From Salpingoeca rosetta (taxonomy: Eukaryota > Protista > Choanoflagellata): a stretch of 64,000 nucleotides of DNA. The stretch is from assembly GCA_033442325.1 (NCBI GenBank), contig JAWQFM010000012.1:1535793-1599792 (forward strand), written 5' to 3'. Shown here one piece after another: positions 1 through 17,323 of the stretch; position 1 is the stretch's first letter; the number at the start of each line of letters is the position of its first letter. The position numbers and the translations under genes were made by a program. The notes beneath the pieces were generated by a model. That model saw only the letters and a list, made by a program, of their open reading frames with translations, searched no databases and was not told the DNA's origin.

Positions 1-12
1 ACCGCGTCCGAC

Positions 13-3000
13 ATGGACAGCCGTGACACCTCGCTGCAGAGCAGTCGCCGGTCCAGCAGGTCCTCGCTCAGCTCGGCCATGAGCGACCTGGACGAGTCGT
101 TCCGCGGATCCACACGCAACCACAGCAGCAGCCGCCACCGCCACCGCCCCCACTCGGGCCCTGCGCGCACAGCAACCCGCGGGACCCGGGGCTCCATCAG
201 CAGCCGCAACGTCACCCGCTCGCCATATGCGGTCCCGCCCATGCGTGTGCACGTGGCGTCGCCGGGTCACTGGGCACGCCCGCGGTCTGGCCGCTCAAAC
301 CACAGCGCTGCATCTTCGCGCGCAACATCTGCAGAGCCGCCACGCCACCGCCACCCCCGCAGACACGTGCGCAGGGACCGGCCCCTGAGTGGCGCCAGCG
401 TCAACTCAAGCTTCTCCTCCGTCGCCAGCAGCACCACCAGCAGCGTCCGCAGCACGCAGCCGCGCGTGTACCAGAAGCGTGCGCACACGTGTCGCTTTAT
501 CGCGTACCGGAACGGCGATCCTCAGGTGGCACATCGTGTTGTTGGCGCCAGCATGGCTGAGCTGTTGGACGCGTGCACGCGCAAGCTGGGGCTTCCCTTT
601 GCTGCCCGGCGCCTGTTTGACGAGCACGGGCGGGAGATGGTCACCACGGAGGAGTGCAGCATGCTCCCTGGTGATGCCATCGTGTATGTGAGCTGCGGCG
701 AGCCGTTTGTCGATCCGGTCGCCGCGCAACAGGCAACACGCCGCCGCTTCACCTCCACAGCTGCTGCCAACCGAACCATCGCCTTCACCCCAAGTCAGTG
801 TCGGTGACTGTGCGCGTGTGTTGGTATGTGTGTGTGTGTGTGTGCATGTGCGTATGTGCGCGCGCGTGTGTGCTGCATGTACATGTGCGTGTGGTGTGTG
901 TGTGTGTGTGTGTGCGTGCGTGCGTGCGCGTATGTGAGTGTGTGCGTGTGCGTGTATGTGTGTGCTGCGTGTGCGCAGCTGGTGTTTGCTGTTCTAGTCT
1001 CCAATATCGACTGCTTACAGCTGGCCGTGCATGCCATGCTCACGTCACCCCATGCCAACAGACATCACCAAGGCACTGACGACCCTGCGTGGCAGCAGCA
1101 CCACCCCGGTCTCCAGCCTTGCTGGCTCTTTCCGTGCCCGCGCCCCAGATATCACAGCATCCGCACGCACACGCGTCGTCCTTTTCGAGGTAACCATGGA
1201 TGCGTGTTTGTGTGTGCGTGAACATGTGTGACTGTGTGTGACTGTGTGTGTGTGTGTTGCGGGAAGGCGGTGGGGTATATACGTATGTGTATGCATGTTG
1301 CTGCTTCTTGTCTCAATTGCTCGCCGCTGAATGTGCGCGTCCAAAACAATGCGATTGCTGTTTGATCGCCCGAGTAACACACGCCCCTCCCTGCATGCAC
1401 TGGTTCATTGCTCGCTGTAATAGAACGGGGATGGACTACACCACCACACGATTCCGCTCAGAGACCACGACACATTCGTCCGGGACTGCTCAAGACAGTG
1501 CGTTGGGATGCTATTGCTTTCGATTGCGTGCTGGTGTCGTGTGCGTGACTGAAGGACACAGCAATGATCATACACACACACACACATACAAGTGCTTGCC
1601 GGGACGCAACCACACATTCACACGTGCATTCACCTGTGTGTATCCGTGCACGCACGTGTGTGTTTGTGTGTTTGTGTGTGTGTGTGTGTGTACACGCACC
1701 CGTGTACTTGCGCGTGTGTGCGTGTGTATGTGTGTATGTGTGTGTGTGTGTGTGTTTCGTTCCTCTACCCTCCCCCCCCCCCCCCACTGTCAGGTTTGTG
1801 CTTACGTCTCAAGTTGAGCGGTTCTTTGATCTGGACGGCAACGAGACGCGCGATCTTGCGGCTGCGGAGGACTGCGGACCGGAACTCCACCTCATCTTTG
1901 GCAGGATTCGCGGGCCTTACTGGATCGCCACAAAGACAGACGTGTGTGGACGTGCATGTGTGATTTTGTGTTGTGGACGTGTACATGTATGTGTTCGTGT
2001 CGTTGACTTGTCCATGCCTGCATCTGCGTGTCGCCGTCTCCTCCTCCTCTCACATGCTTTCCTCCCTCCCCTCATTCTCCCCTTCATTCTCCCCTTCATT
2101 CAACTGCCTCCTCCCCCCCCCTTCCCTCTGCCGCAGGTGTTCAAGCCCGAGGGACCGCTCAACTTCATCCAGCACCAGCTGCACCGCCTCCAGCGCCAGC
2201 ACACCGCGCTACAGGACGAGCTGCAGGTGTGTGTGTGGGGTGGGGGGGGGGCTGGGTGATGTGTGTGTGTGTATGTGAACTGGGTGGGTTGTGCCATAAA
2301 GCCGCGTTTCATCGCTGCCGCCTCACGCCAAGTGGACGCTCTCCAGCGAGTGACAACGATCGATCGTATTGTCGAGAGCGAGCAGACTGACTCCAATCAG
2401 GCGCTTCTTGACCAAATCACCGCCGCAATCAAGTCAGTATCACTCTTCACCGTCTTGCGCAAGCCCATTTGCGAGAGTGCCGCCGTTGCACACCTTCCAT
2501 CCACCGCCATCCCCATCGTCATCACCGCCACGAACTAACCACCTCCATCACCACCACAATCTCCACCATCATTGCCCAGGTTCCTGAAGCGGAAGCAGCG
2601 GCATCTGACTGATGTTCAGATGGACGGGAGCGCGTCGCGTATCCGGCCCATCTCGGACGACCACCGCCTCCTCGCTGCCGGCAGCCTCAAGCTCATCGTC
2701 CACGCAAACGGCACAGACGTGAGCTTCGCTGGCGGTGGAGTGACCGCTGCTGCTGGTGGCTTCATTATGGATGCTGATTGGCCTTTGTTCGACATGTATG
2801 CGCACGCTCACGCACGCAATGACATCGTCTGTATCTCTTTGGTTGGTTGCGCTGTCTCATTGCACCACATCGCCTGTAGGGGACCGGCCAGCCGCTCTAC
2901 TTCAACCTGCGCGAAGCGCAGCGCACAGGCGACGTACGTGCGTTGTTGTGCATACACACACACGCACAACCAAGCACACGCACACACACGCGCGCGCACG

Positions 3001-5946
3001 CACACACAAAAGAATTCTCCACACACACACACAACCAAGCACACGCACTCACGCTCACCCCTCTTATCGTTCCACTTGTGCTCCTCCCCATTTCAGGCGG
3101 AGACGATGATGGGACTGCTGCTTGCTGCGTGCACAACACAGCTAGGATTCACCCAATCAGCTAAACGCATTTTCCTCAAGGGTGGCAAGGTGTTGCGCGA
3201 TTTGCACGCGTTGGAGAACGACACGCACATCTGGGTGTCGTGTGGCGAGCCCTTTACGCCAGCAAACCTGACGGTGGTCAAGCTCGCATTCGACGGCGTC
3301 GAAACGGTTGGTTTCGGCATAGAGTGGCGATGGCGGTGGCGGAGGTGGTGGATGTGAGTACGCGCGCATGCAATGCATGAACACGTGCTGCTGTTCGTCG
3401 AGTGGCATATCGTGTTCACACCAATTGTTCCTCCTTTCTCGCCACAACATATTCAGCTCGCACCTACGCTCACACTCACTGCCGAAAACCATGCGTGGAC
3501 AGGTTGTTGTTGATGGGAAACGGCAGCTGCTCGCCGGCGGCGGCGCTGTTGATATGAACACGCTTTCATCCGCCCACCTCTCCGCCCTGTCATCGCTCAC
3601 CGAAGCACTTGTAAGAACACATCCTCGCGCAAATGCGTTTTGTGTGCGTGCATGTCATGTGCATGGCATGTGTGTTCCATTGCGCGCTTGTGCGTATTCT
3701 TTGCCTTGTGCTTGGTGGGTGCACAAGTGCGAGTTCGCTCACTCTTACTCGTCAGCACCCTCTCCCACCTTCTTCGTCGTGCCCACTCCTCCTCCTCACG
3801 TGATCTCAATCGCGCCACTGCACTGCCCGGCCCTGCAGGCGTGCGACGACGTTGCGTGGCGCCCGCACGACATGATGCCTGGCGACACGGCCCTGGAGGA
3901 CCCGAACCTCGTTACACTGCATGCAACTCTGGAGGACGACCACTCGCTCCTGTTCACGCCATCGCTGGTGCGCGGGCCGCGGCAGCACGGTGCGCCGTTG
4001 ATGCAGCGCTGGGTGCTGCGGCAGGTGACTGACGTGTCGCACCTCGATGGTGTTGACGCCAACACGACGTGGGCAGAGATCACGTCCCGCGCATTCCCGG
4101 CGCTCGCCCTCGTCTGCCACCAAACAACAACAGATGCTGCTGCTGCTAGTGGCGGTTGTGTTGCTGGCGGTGATGATGCCGCTGCAAGGGACGCGGCTCA
4201 GAAGTCGGGCGTGGCGTACCGGGTTGGGCTCGGGGCGCGCACAACCCCGCCATCGCGCGAGATGCTGTGGCACTTTGCTCCCGACGGCACAATTCGCAGT
4301 GCAGTCAACCCAGCGCTTGCACTGACACTGGCGGGCAAGGATGATGGCAGCAGCAGCAGCAGCGGCAGCGGTGGTGGTGGTGGTGGTGGTGATGGGGAGA
4401 GCCCGCTCAACTCGACAAGCAGTAGTGATGCGGGCGGCTTCTTCGATGACGTGGGCGGGTCGTCTGGTGGCGGCGATGTGCTGATGCTGCAGGAGGTGCA
4501 CACGGGCAGCGGGCGCAGGGCCAAGCGGCGGCAGCAGTGGGGGCTCAAGCACGACTCCATCCAGCATATGGGCCAGTGGAAGGCGTGTCGCGGCGTGAAC
4601 GGCAGCCGATCGTGGGTGAAGAATTGCATGCTCTGGCCAACAGCGACCACGGGCAACTGGAACACGGATCTGCTGTGGCCCATGGATGTGCTGCTGGTGC
4701 CGACGGTGGCGTGGAAGCCGCCACCAGCCAAGCGCGGCCGCAAACGCGAGACGCTGCACGAATCGATGGAGCGCATGCGTGGCGGGCGCGGCAGCAGCAG
4801 CGCGTCCATCACAGATACAGTCATGACCATGCCCCGCCTGCGCGTTGTGCGCAACGGCACGCGCATGCGGCCTGTGGAGGTGCTGGTGCCTGAAGGGCTG
4901 CGGGCCCGCGAGCATCGACCAGAGCTGGACCTCAACCGCGCGTTCCCCGTGGACACGCAGAAGTGGTTTGAGCAGCGGCTAGGGCCCGGCTGGCGCACCA
5001 TCCTCACGTCCCGCGAAAACCCGCGCGACGCAGCCAAGATGCGTGAACTGCAGGTGCAGCTGTTCCTGGACAGGTGCACGCGTGCGCTGGGCATGAGCAT
5101 GCCTGCCCGCGCACTGTTTACGGAGCAAGGGGATGCCGTCACAGACCTTGAGCAGCTGCAGCCGAACCAGGTGCTGCTGGTGACGTGCGGCGAGGCGTGG
5201 GTGCCCCCGCCCTCTGTGCTGCAGCGACTGCCAAACCTGGAGGCAGACATGCGCAACATGCGTGCAGTTGCGGACATGTTTGCCAGCCAGGACGCAGTTG
5301 TTGTTGTGTTTGACACCGCGGGCGAGACGTGCTTGCTGCGGGAGAAGGGAAACATTCTGCAGCAGCTGGAAGCCGCACAGCACAGCGGCGACAGTGGCGA
5401 CAGCAACAATGACGACCACGACGGCAACAACAGCGATACGGAGAGCAGCAGCCATGGCGGTGGTGGTGGCGGTGGTGGTGGTGGTGGATTGGAAGATGCG
5501 CATGCAGCGTGGATGTTGACGCCGGACCGACACTTGGTCCCTGTTGGTGATAGGTCACACTGCCTGGCACCGCAGGCGCTGAAGGCCGGTGCAGAGCTGC
5601 AGCTGGTGCCAGTGGACACGCGCGATGCCACGCAGAAGTGGGTGATGGAGGGCGCCTTCCTGCAGTCTGCGATGGACGCCACGCTCGTACTCACCGTCCC
5701 GGAACTCGGCCGTCAGGGCACGTCGCTTGCCCTTGCCACCAAGGCGCCCGTACGTTCCCTTGTCCCGCTGCTGTGTGCTGTGTTGCATTGTGGTGCATTG
5801 TGCTGCTTGTGTTGCGCTGTGCTGTGCTGCTTGTACAGTGACGCTACCTCATGGTGTAATTGCTCCCGCTATTGCTGCTGCCGCCATTTCACTTTTGAGC
5901 CTGTCACAATATGTCCTCACCCCTCTCACCGCGGTATGTCCTGCTG

Positions 5947-5978
<32 letters not shown>

Positions 5979-7430
5979 AGGAGCCCTTTTATGCCCACCA
6001 GTGCTGGGAGCTGTGCCCTGCTCCTGGCGGCGGCCACCTGCTGCAGGCGTACGCGTGTTCGTCCACGGTATTTGCATGCTCAATCGGTAGGCAGTGCAGC
6101 ATGTGTACCTTTGCCATGACAGAAGGCACGCCCATCAAGCAAGCAGGCTTTGTTCTTGAAGACGTCGAGGGAACCTGGTTCGTTTGCATGTGAATGTGTG
6201 AGTGTGAATATGTGTGTGTGTGTGTGTGTGTGTATGCGTGAAGGTGTGGCTGCGTTCTCTGTGCGCCTGCGTACGCCGCGTAAATGTGCAAACGTTCGTG
6301 CGTGTGGTATTGAATTACCCGGAATGATTTCCTCACCAACCATCCAACCAACCGCCTACCTCCGCCACGACAACAGCTGTGCAGTGTGCGCAGCCATGTC
6401 CAAGCACAAGGCCACTGCCCGCCCCGTTGGCGTGTCGACGTTTGCGTGCGCGTTTTGCTCCTCCCAGCGCGAGCTGTGTCAGCGCCTGGGCACAAACGGA
6501 CCGCGCGCCTCACTCGTGTCCCAGCACATCATCCTCGCCGCAAAGACAAACATGGCCTCTGCCGAACAAGTCGAGGACGCGTGAGTTTGTTTATTTGCTT
6601 GGTTGTTTGTTGTGTTTGGTGGGTTGTTTGTCTGTCTGGTTGAATGGCTTGTGTGTTTGTTTGTTTGTTTGTTTGTTTCGTTGTGTGTTTGTTTGTTTGT
6701 TTCGTTGTGTGTGTGTTTGTTTGTTTGTTTGCTTGTGCATGTGTGCATGAATTGTGCTTTTGCTCGCTTGTTATTATCTTGTCGTCCACCAATCGTCTCA
6801 CGCGTGCGCGCGTGTGTGTCTGGGTGCTTTACCAGCATCTCGAGGTGGGACAAGTGTCTGGCGCACTTCCAAGCGCGCGAGGAAACCGCCCGTGGTATTT
6901 CCCACCCAGGTAGGCCGGCGCTGGTGTTGGTGTTTGTGTTTGAACATGTGCATCCTCCTGTCTGATTGGCCTTGACTTTCGAGAATGATCTTGCCCCCCC
7001 CCCCCTCTTCCTCTCCTCTGTTGTCAGTACCTGCCACTTCCCAGCTCCGTCCGCTGCTGCCGCTGCTGCTCTTCTCATCTCATCATCTCCACCACCACTT
7101 CCATCATCACCACTACACTTCGCATCACCATCAGCTGCACCCTCGGCCCGGCTGGACCCTGGCGTGCAGTTCCGTGCGCGCGTGTTCCGCAACGGGCACG
7201 TTGATCCCGCCAACGCCGTCATCATCGTCGCCCCGCGTGCAGACGCACACGCGCAGCTCGGCCTCTTCCTCTCCGATGCAACAAGTTCGTATCCTTTGAC
7301 AGTGATGCCGGTGATGGTGGCTGTAGTTCATCGGCTGTGGCTGACCGTGTGTCTTGCAAAGGCCATATACGTGAGTGTGTGAGTGTGAGTGTGAGTGTGT
7401 AAGTGTGAGTGTGTGTGTGTGAGTGTGTGT

Positions 7431-7486
<56 letters not shown>

Positions 7487-8232
7487 AGGTGGCTGGTGGG
7501 TGTGCCCCCGTCACCACACCAAACGTTTCCTCACGAACTGCATCAACACGTTCACCAACACACGGCGCAGGTCGCCTGAATCTGCCGTCTGCTGCGCGCG
7601 TGCTGTACACGCGTACGGGCACGGCACTGCAGAGCCTGTCGCCGGAGCAGCACAGCGAGCTGCAGCGCGGTGGGGACGGCGCCATCCCAGACCTGTGGGT
7701 GTCGATGGGCGAACCGTTTTCCCCACCGGACCAGCACCCGGAGACCATTGCCCGCAGGAAGAAGGAGCTCAAGCAGGAGCTGGTGCAGCTGAAGACGCTC
7801 ATTGCTGAAAAGAAGCAGACGCTCAAGTCGTTGTCGGACAAGCTGCAGGGTGCGCTGTCGTCAACGGAGCGCAGCACTGTGGACGACCGGCGGGACGTCG
7901 TGCGGCGCGAGATTGAGGAGGACATGGAGGCGTTCAAGGCGAATCGTGAGGAGCTCAGGGCGCTGAAGTCCAGAGCCGGCAGAGACAGCAAGGGCGGCAG
8001 CGGCGGCGGCGGCGGTGGCGGGTCGACAGGCATGTCCAACGAGCTCATTGCGCGGCTGAGCAAGCCCGTGTCGAGGCGTGTGCGCGTGCAGGCGCGGAAG
8101 AATGGCTCCAGCAAGTCGGCACCCGTGCTTTGTATGGGCGACAGCATGACCGCGGTCAGTTTTGTTGCTTCTGGTTCGGTGGGGTGTGGTGCGAGTTGTC
8201 GTTGTCTTCAGTGCCCTGCGTATGCGTGTATG

Positions 8233-8295
<63 letters not shown>

Positions 8296-9038
8296 GTATG
8301 TTTGTGTGTGTGTGTGCGTGTGTGTTTGTCTGTTTATCTCTCTCTCTCTGTCTAACTGTCTATTTGTCTATCTGTCCGTGTGTACGTTTCATGTGCAGCC
8401 GCCTTTTCTAATCTCTGCCTGCCTCTGCTGCTCTTGGCTCGCCATCACTCGCGGCTCACTTTCGTTTGTGCATCTTCCTTCTACCTTCCCTTCCTTCCCC
8501 CCTCTCCTCTCTCCCCTCTCGCATAATTGTCTTTGCAGCTGTTAACTGCGTGTGCGTCCAACTTGGGGATGCGACGCGCACGCAAGCTGTACACGATGCA
8601 GGGCGAGCGCATCAAATCCTTGGATGCCATCACCCGCGATATGGAGGTGTTGGTGAGCAGTGGCGAGGCGTTCATTGACGACAACGCCAAGAAGGACGAG
8701 GTAGGTGTATGTGTGTGTGTGTGTGTCTCGTGTGCGATCGTGTGTGTTTTTCGTGTGTGCCTTGCATGATTGTGTGTGTGTGTGCTTGTACCTTGCGTGC
8801 TTGTGTGTGTACCTTGCATGATTGTGTGTGTGCATGTTTGTGTGCACCCACTTGTTAGCCTTGCGTGTATTGACTCGATAGTTTGTGCATTGCCTTCTCC
8901 CCCGGCCCCGCGCTCACTCGCTCTCCCATGACCACGCAGGAGCAAACTCGCGCGTCGTTTGGGCGAGCCATCCGTGCTGAGCGTAAACGGACCAAGTCAT
9001 CGTCCTCCTCCTCCTCCTCTGTCGCCCCATCGACATAA
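13..9038 (+). CDS. Multi-exon doublecortin (DCX)-repeat protein with ricin-B-like repeats, DCDC1/DCDC5-like
   Basis: Repeated DCX signature (RNG...LLxACTxxLGL..xAR.LF...G...VSCGEPF) at ~480-720, ~2690-3260, ~4830-5200, ~7160-7720 and ~8080-8680, plus a degenerate copy at ~1130-1930. QxW/beta-trefoil-like segments QRWVL, LWHFAPDGTIRSAVNPALALT and QKWVMEGAFLQSAMDATLVLT. GT-AG introns throughout. Last exon 8940-9038 ends SSVAPST-TAA. Internal exon boundaries approximate. Confidence 0.8.
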
Positions 9039-9606
9039 CCGCGAGCTGTCTGTGGCGTGTTTATTGACATGTTCGCGCGTTCACAGTATGCTCGTATACA
9101 TTACACAAACCCGCGTTCAAACAACATCATCATTATCTCGTCTTGTGTGCAATAATTTATCAATGTGGCACACGGCTGTATTGCTTTTTGTTTCCTTTTT
9201 GGTGCTTCTGTTTTGAGCAACCGAGTACATCCACCCCTGCGCCAGATCAAGGGTATCAGTCACATGTTCATGGCAACACCAAGCATCGCAGGGCCAAGCA
9301 CGGCAAACAAGCGATACACACAGCGACACCGGCATGCACAGCTCATGTCATTGTCACAAACAAAAGACACCAGCAAACACAAACAAACGCTGCTCGCGCA
9401 CAAGTACAGAGGCAAGTTTTCTTTCGACAATAAAAATGCAAGAATTGTCCATTTTGGGAACCTGCCGGCGAAACGACGACAGACAGACGAAGCAACGAAC
9501 TCACCCACCGCAACTGAACACAGACAGCACCCCCTCGCTTCTTGCTGACAGACACAAAGCACAGACACCGGCACAGGCACCCAAGCCGTTACAACAAGCC
9601 GTCACA

Positions 9607-12734
<3,128 letters not shown>

Positions 12735-12948
12735 AGACAGGCTCAACGACCGCCGTCTGCTGCCATCGTTTGTTCGTCTTGGCTGTTGTGAGTGTGACAC
12801 GTGAAGTGCATGCATGCTGTGTGCGTGCGTCTGTGTCCACGGTGTGACGTCCTGCCTCCGCGCACCCTGTTCCGTTCTCTTCTTTGATTGAACATTTCAA
12901 ATGCAAGGCGTCAATCTCCCTTGAAGCAACACCACCTGCTACTGTTGC

Positions 12949-13024
<76 letters not shown>

Positions 13025-13353
13025 CAGTGACAATGACAATGAGGCGGACGGGTGCATGTTCGTGTCACGCATCGTGTGTGGCAGTCAACATCACTTGTGG
13101 CCAATCGTTTTCATTTACTGTGGGGAGCAGAGAAAGCATGAGAGTGCCAGAATAAAGTTCGCGTGTGTGCATTCAGGTCGCATTGGAAAAGCAGTACAGA
13201 TCAACAAGACGAAAGTTGGGCTTATGGTTAAGCAGGACGAGGGAAAGCAGGACAGAAACGCCTGAACACCGGCTTCTCTGATTCGAGAAGCCATCGTAGC
13301 ACCAACAAACCAACACAAGCAACCTTGAAACTGACGAGGGGGCTTGCCTGAGT

Positions 13354-13420
<67 letters not shown>

Positions 13421-13505
13421 CGAGACAACCGAGAAGACTGAAGGGAAACAAGAGAACAGCAAGCCGAGTTCAAGAAATACAGAAGGAAGGAAGGAGGTCG
13501 AGAGC

Positions 13506-14254
13506 TTAAGGGAAGTATGCCCCGATAATGTCCTTGTGAGGATCGTAGTCGTCATCGTCTTCATCATCACCCACATCAATGTCGTCGTCACTGCCAAGAA
13601 GCGCTTCCAGCCCCTTCAGGCTGCGGGTGCGCACTCGCAGGTCGAATCGCAGACATGCTTCGTGGGCAGGGTGGTGGCGTGAATGCGTTGCTACCCCCTG
13701 CTTGCCCCTGGTGTTCTTGGCAAGCGTCAGGCCGGCGTCCTCGCCCTCCATGCTGCTCATGCTGTCTTTGGAGTCCATCAAGAAGTCGCCGTCAAGCGGC
13801 ATGCCCCAGTCGCCCGGCTCCGGCACGCAGGCGGTGGAGCGACGGGTCTGCACGCGGCGCACAGGCAGGTGGCGGCCGGCCGCAATGCTTTTCACCTCCT
13901 CCACTGCCTGCTGCTCCTCCAGCTCTTCCTCGTCCTGGTCGGACGTTGTCGTGTCGGCGAAGCAGACGCGGCGACGTGCGCGCTGGGGCTTCTGCGCGCG
14001 GCGTCCCACCTTGGACGTGCTGGGCTTTGCCTTGGTCTTGGTCTTGTTCTTCGCGCGTGTCTTGCACTGCTTTGGAGAAGGTTCACACGACGAGAGGCCG
14101 CTGTCGTACTCCTCCTCGGTCTTGGGGATGGGGTCCATGCCCACGGTGACGCCATACTCCGCGTACTTGTCGGCGTTGCGCAGTACCTCGCCCGCCGTCT
14201 TCTGCTTGGACTCGCCCTTGCGCTGCGGCTGGTACCTGCACAACATGTTTGAGC

Positions 14255-14301
<47 letters not shown>

Positions 14302-14752
14302 TGGGAGGGGGGAGAACAGAACGTATACACGAAGGGGGAGTGAGTCAACGGCAAAGAAGCGACGAGAGCAGGGTACAAGGGGTGGGGGGGGTGAATGACG
14401 CCAGGAGAGGATCGGTTGTCGGTCGTGGTGGTGATGGCATGGGGGTGCAAGAAGCTAATTGCAAGGTCAAACTGCAAGTGTTTGTTGTGGCAGTACGCGA
14501 GCAAGTAACAGGTGGAACTGACTTGTAGTCGGGGTACTTGCGACGATGTTCCTCGGCAACTTGCTTTGCCTTCTCGGCATAGTACCGCTTTGTTTCGTCC
14601 GTGACCCGCGTGGTCCAGGCACCGCCGAGCAACCGGCTGATGTCCGCATTGTGCAGCTCTGGGTGGCGTTCGATGAACATGGCCCGGTTGTCCTTCGCCC
14701 ACAGCATGAATGCGTTCATGGGGCGCTTGATGTGCTTCGAACGACGAGGCAT
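13506..14752 (-). CDS. Sox-type HMG-box transcription factor; exons 14752-14523 and 14235-13506
   Basis: Spliced HMG box HIKRPMNAFMLWAKDNRAMFIERHPELHNADISRLLGGAWTTRVTDETKRYYAEKAKQVAEEHRRKYPDYK|YQPQRK. A canonical GT-AG intron (14522-14236) restores the PDYKYQP tail. Basic then acidic C-terminal region. Confidence 0.88.
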
Positions 14753-15664
14753 CCTGGCTCCTTCCTGTTGTTCAGGTTGCGGACACACCGATACAGATGG
14801 TACGCCGGCCGTGTGGTCTAGGGACGTATGTGGCTGCGTCTGTTCCGAAGGCGACGTGGCGAGAGCGGCGAACAAGAGGCTTGTATGTGTTGCCCCGTCG
14901 AGAACTGATAGCGTGTGTCTCTATGTGATCGTGTGCGGGTTTGCGAGCGCAGCGGAGGGAGGGTGATGCGTGTTTCTGTCGTGGTCCTGGAAAGAGTGTG
15001 GTGACGTGAAGAGAAAGGAGGGAGGGAGGGAGGAGGGATGGGGCGTGCTGGGTGTGTATGTTGTGTTGTGTGGTCGAGATGGTGGGGACGCGGCCTTTGC
15101 CCTTCTCTTGTGGTAGTGGATGGAATAGAGGAGATGGAAATGAACAACAGCTAGTGATTGACTGCCGCTCATAGTTTGAATTGACGTTACGGGCGTCGCA
15201 TTGCTCCCCCTCTGTGTGGATGGGAACGTGTACATGGGAAGGCGGGAAACAGAGTGCACGACCACAAGGAACAAGGTCAAGGTGTGAGCCGTGTCGGGTG
15301 ATGTGAGGGGGTACAGTTCACGGGGTTGTGGTGCGAGTGTGTGTGGGCGCCCGAACAAGCACCGCTTGTCATGACGCGAGGAATAGCAACCGTTACTCTC
15401 GCTGGCCTGCACCCTTTATTCAGCTTCTAGGCCACAACAGTAACAAGTCTCGTTTTATGTTCCAAACCTTCAATCCGTGCGCAAAATCTTCAAGGCACGC
15501 ACACCCTTTGATCACTGAACCGTCCATATGTAGATTGCACACGGCAACCGGGCAAGCACATCATGCACCACAATATAGCTCAACCCAATGCCGGAGGCAA
15601 ATCAAAGTGTCGCACAACCCTTGTCCCCCCCTCTAGCACAGCGCCAAACAAAAATCAAAAGAAA

Positions 15665-15883
15665 TCAGCTCTTGCTCCAACCTGTGGTCGGGGTGGCGTG
15701 ACATGACGTGATGCGAGTCAGTCAGAGCATGATGTGACGAAAGACAAAGGCGTAGAGAGCAAGCAAGGGGACAGAACAAGGAAGAAGCAGACGCAAACAG
15801 CACAAGATGAACACCGCGACATTGTGTGTGTGTGTGTGTGTGTGTGCGTGTGTGTGTGTGTGTGTGTGCGTGCGTGTGCGTGC

Positions 15884-15920
<37 letters not shown>

Positions 15921-17228
15921 CGTGCGTGCGTGTGTGCGTGCGTATGATGTCATGTCATGTCATGGTTCTCACCTCCTTGCACCCTGCCTCCTTTCTTGCC
16001 ACGCCGACGTCCACCGCCACCGCCACTGTTGCGACCGCCGCCGCCAACACCACCACCGTTCCCGCGCTTGTTGCGCTGAGGCCGGGCCGTTACAGTGCGC
16101 TGCACGTGTGTGTGTGTGTGCGCGTGTGCGTGTGTGCGTGTGTGTGTGTGTGTGTAAAGAAGAATGTGTGTGGCAAGAAGAAGAAGAAGAATCAGAGGGC
16201 TCGAGCGGCATCAATGGGGGCTGCATGAAGGCAGGAATGTGCTGGAAGGGAGCTCGGGGGGGGGGGGGGAAGGCGCGGGTTCATGGATGACGCATCAACA
16301 CCAGCATGCGTGCCTGGTTTCACCCCAAGCAGGGCGGCAAGCAAGCCATCGAACAAGAGCACCGAGAGATTCATGGCAGGTCAGATGCATGCACCTTTCT
16401 GAAGGCCGGCATCATGCCTGGAGCGCGCTGCTCTGTCGGGCGGCCACCACGGTCGGGAACCTGTCGGCAGTCAGCAGCAGCAGGAGGACATGCGTGAACG
16501 TGTGCGCGTGTGATGTTCGTGTGCTTTGTGCGGGTCTGCATGTGCGTGGAAATGTGCAAATGCAAGCGCGACTGCGTCACACGTGTGTGTGTTGTGTCTG
16601 CGCGCGGGTGTGTGCGTGTGCGTGTGTGTACACGTGTGTACATGTGTCTGCGCGCGCGCGCGTGCTTGAGTGCGTGTGCGCTTGACTGAGTGCGTGCGTG
16701 CGTGCGTGCGTGTACATGTGTGCAACGCACATCGCCGATGAAGATGCCACGGATCTTCGACTTTGCGGTGGCGTGGCGGACAGCAGCACCGCTCGTCTTG
16801 GAGATGTTCAGCAGGTCTAAATCCCAAAACGCCAGTGGAACGAGGGAAATGTGTGTGTGTACACGCGTGCGTGCGTGTGTGTGTGTGTGTAAACGCACAA
16901 GCCAGCGATCAAGGAAACGGTGGATGCACAAGTGACAAAACACCGAGGAGACAATATGCAAGGCGTGCGTGACTGGCAACAAAGCTGCAGGCAGCTCACC
17001 TCTGGAAGCAAAGAGGACATCGTGCACGTCCACGTCGCTGGCTGTTGTCATTGTGTGACGCAGCGGCTGTGTGCTGCGCTCAAGCTCATCAAGCGATTTC
17101 TGAGGAAGAGCACAGACGCATTGGGAGGAAGTGCGACAAAAGGGGAGTGTCGTTCCATGTAAGCAAGAGCCGATCCAGGTGTGGATCAAACACGAACAGA
17201 CAGGCAGACAGACAGACAGACAGACAGA

Positions 17229-17260
<32 letters not shown>

Positions 17261-17290
17261 GACAGACACACGCACAGGCACACACACAGG

Positions 17291-17323
<33 letters not shown>

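Noticed and set aside
4198-5694. Long antisense ORFs (also 13579-14301, 57350-58249, 46899-47753)
   Set aside because: They are shadows of GC-rich coding sequence on the other strand and have no recognisable motifs.
3368-6193. 941-aa ORF as a standalone gene
   Set aside because: It is a large internal exon of the DCX gene read through flanking introns.
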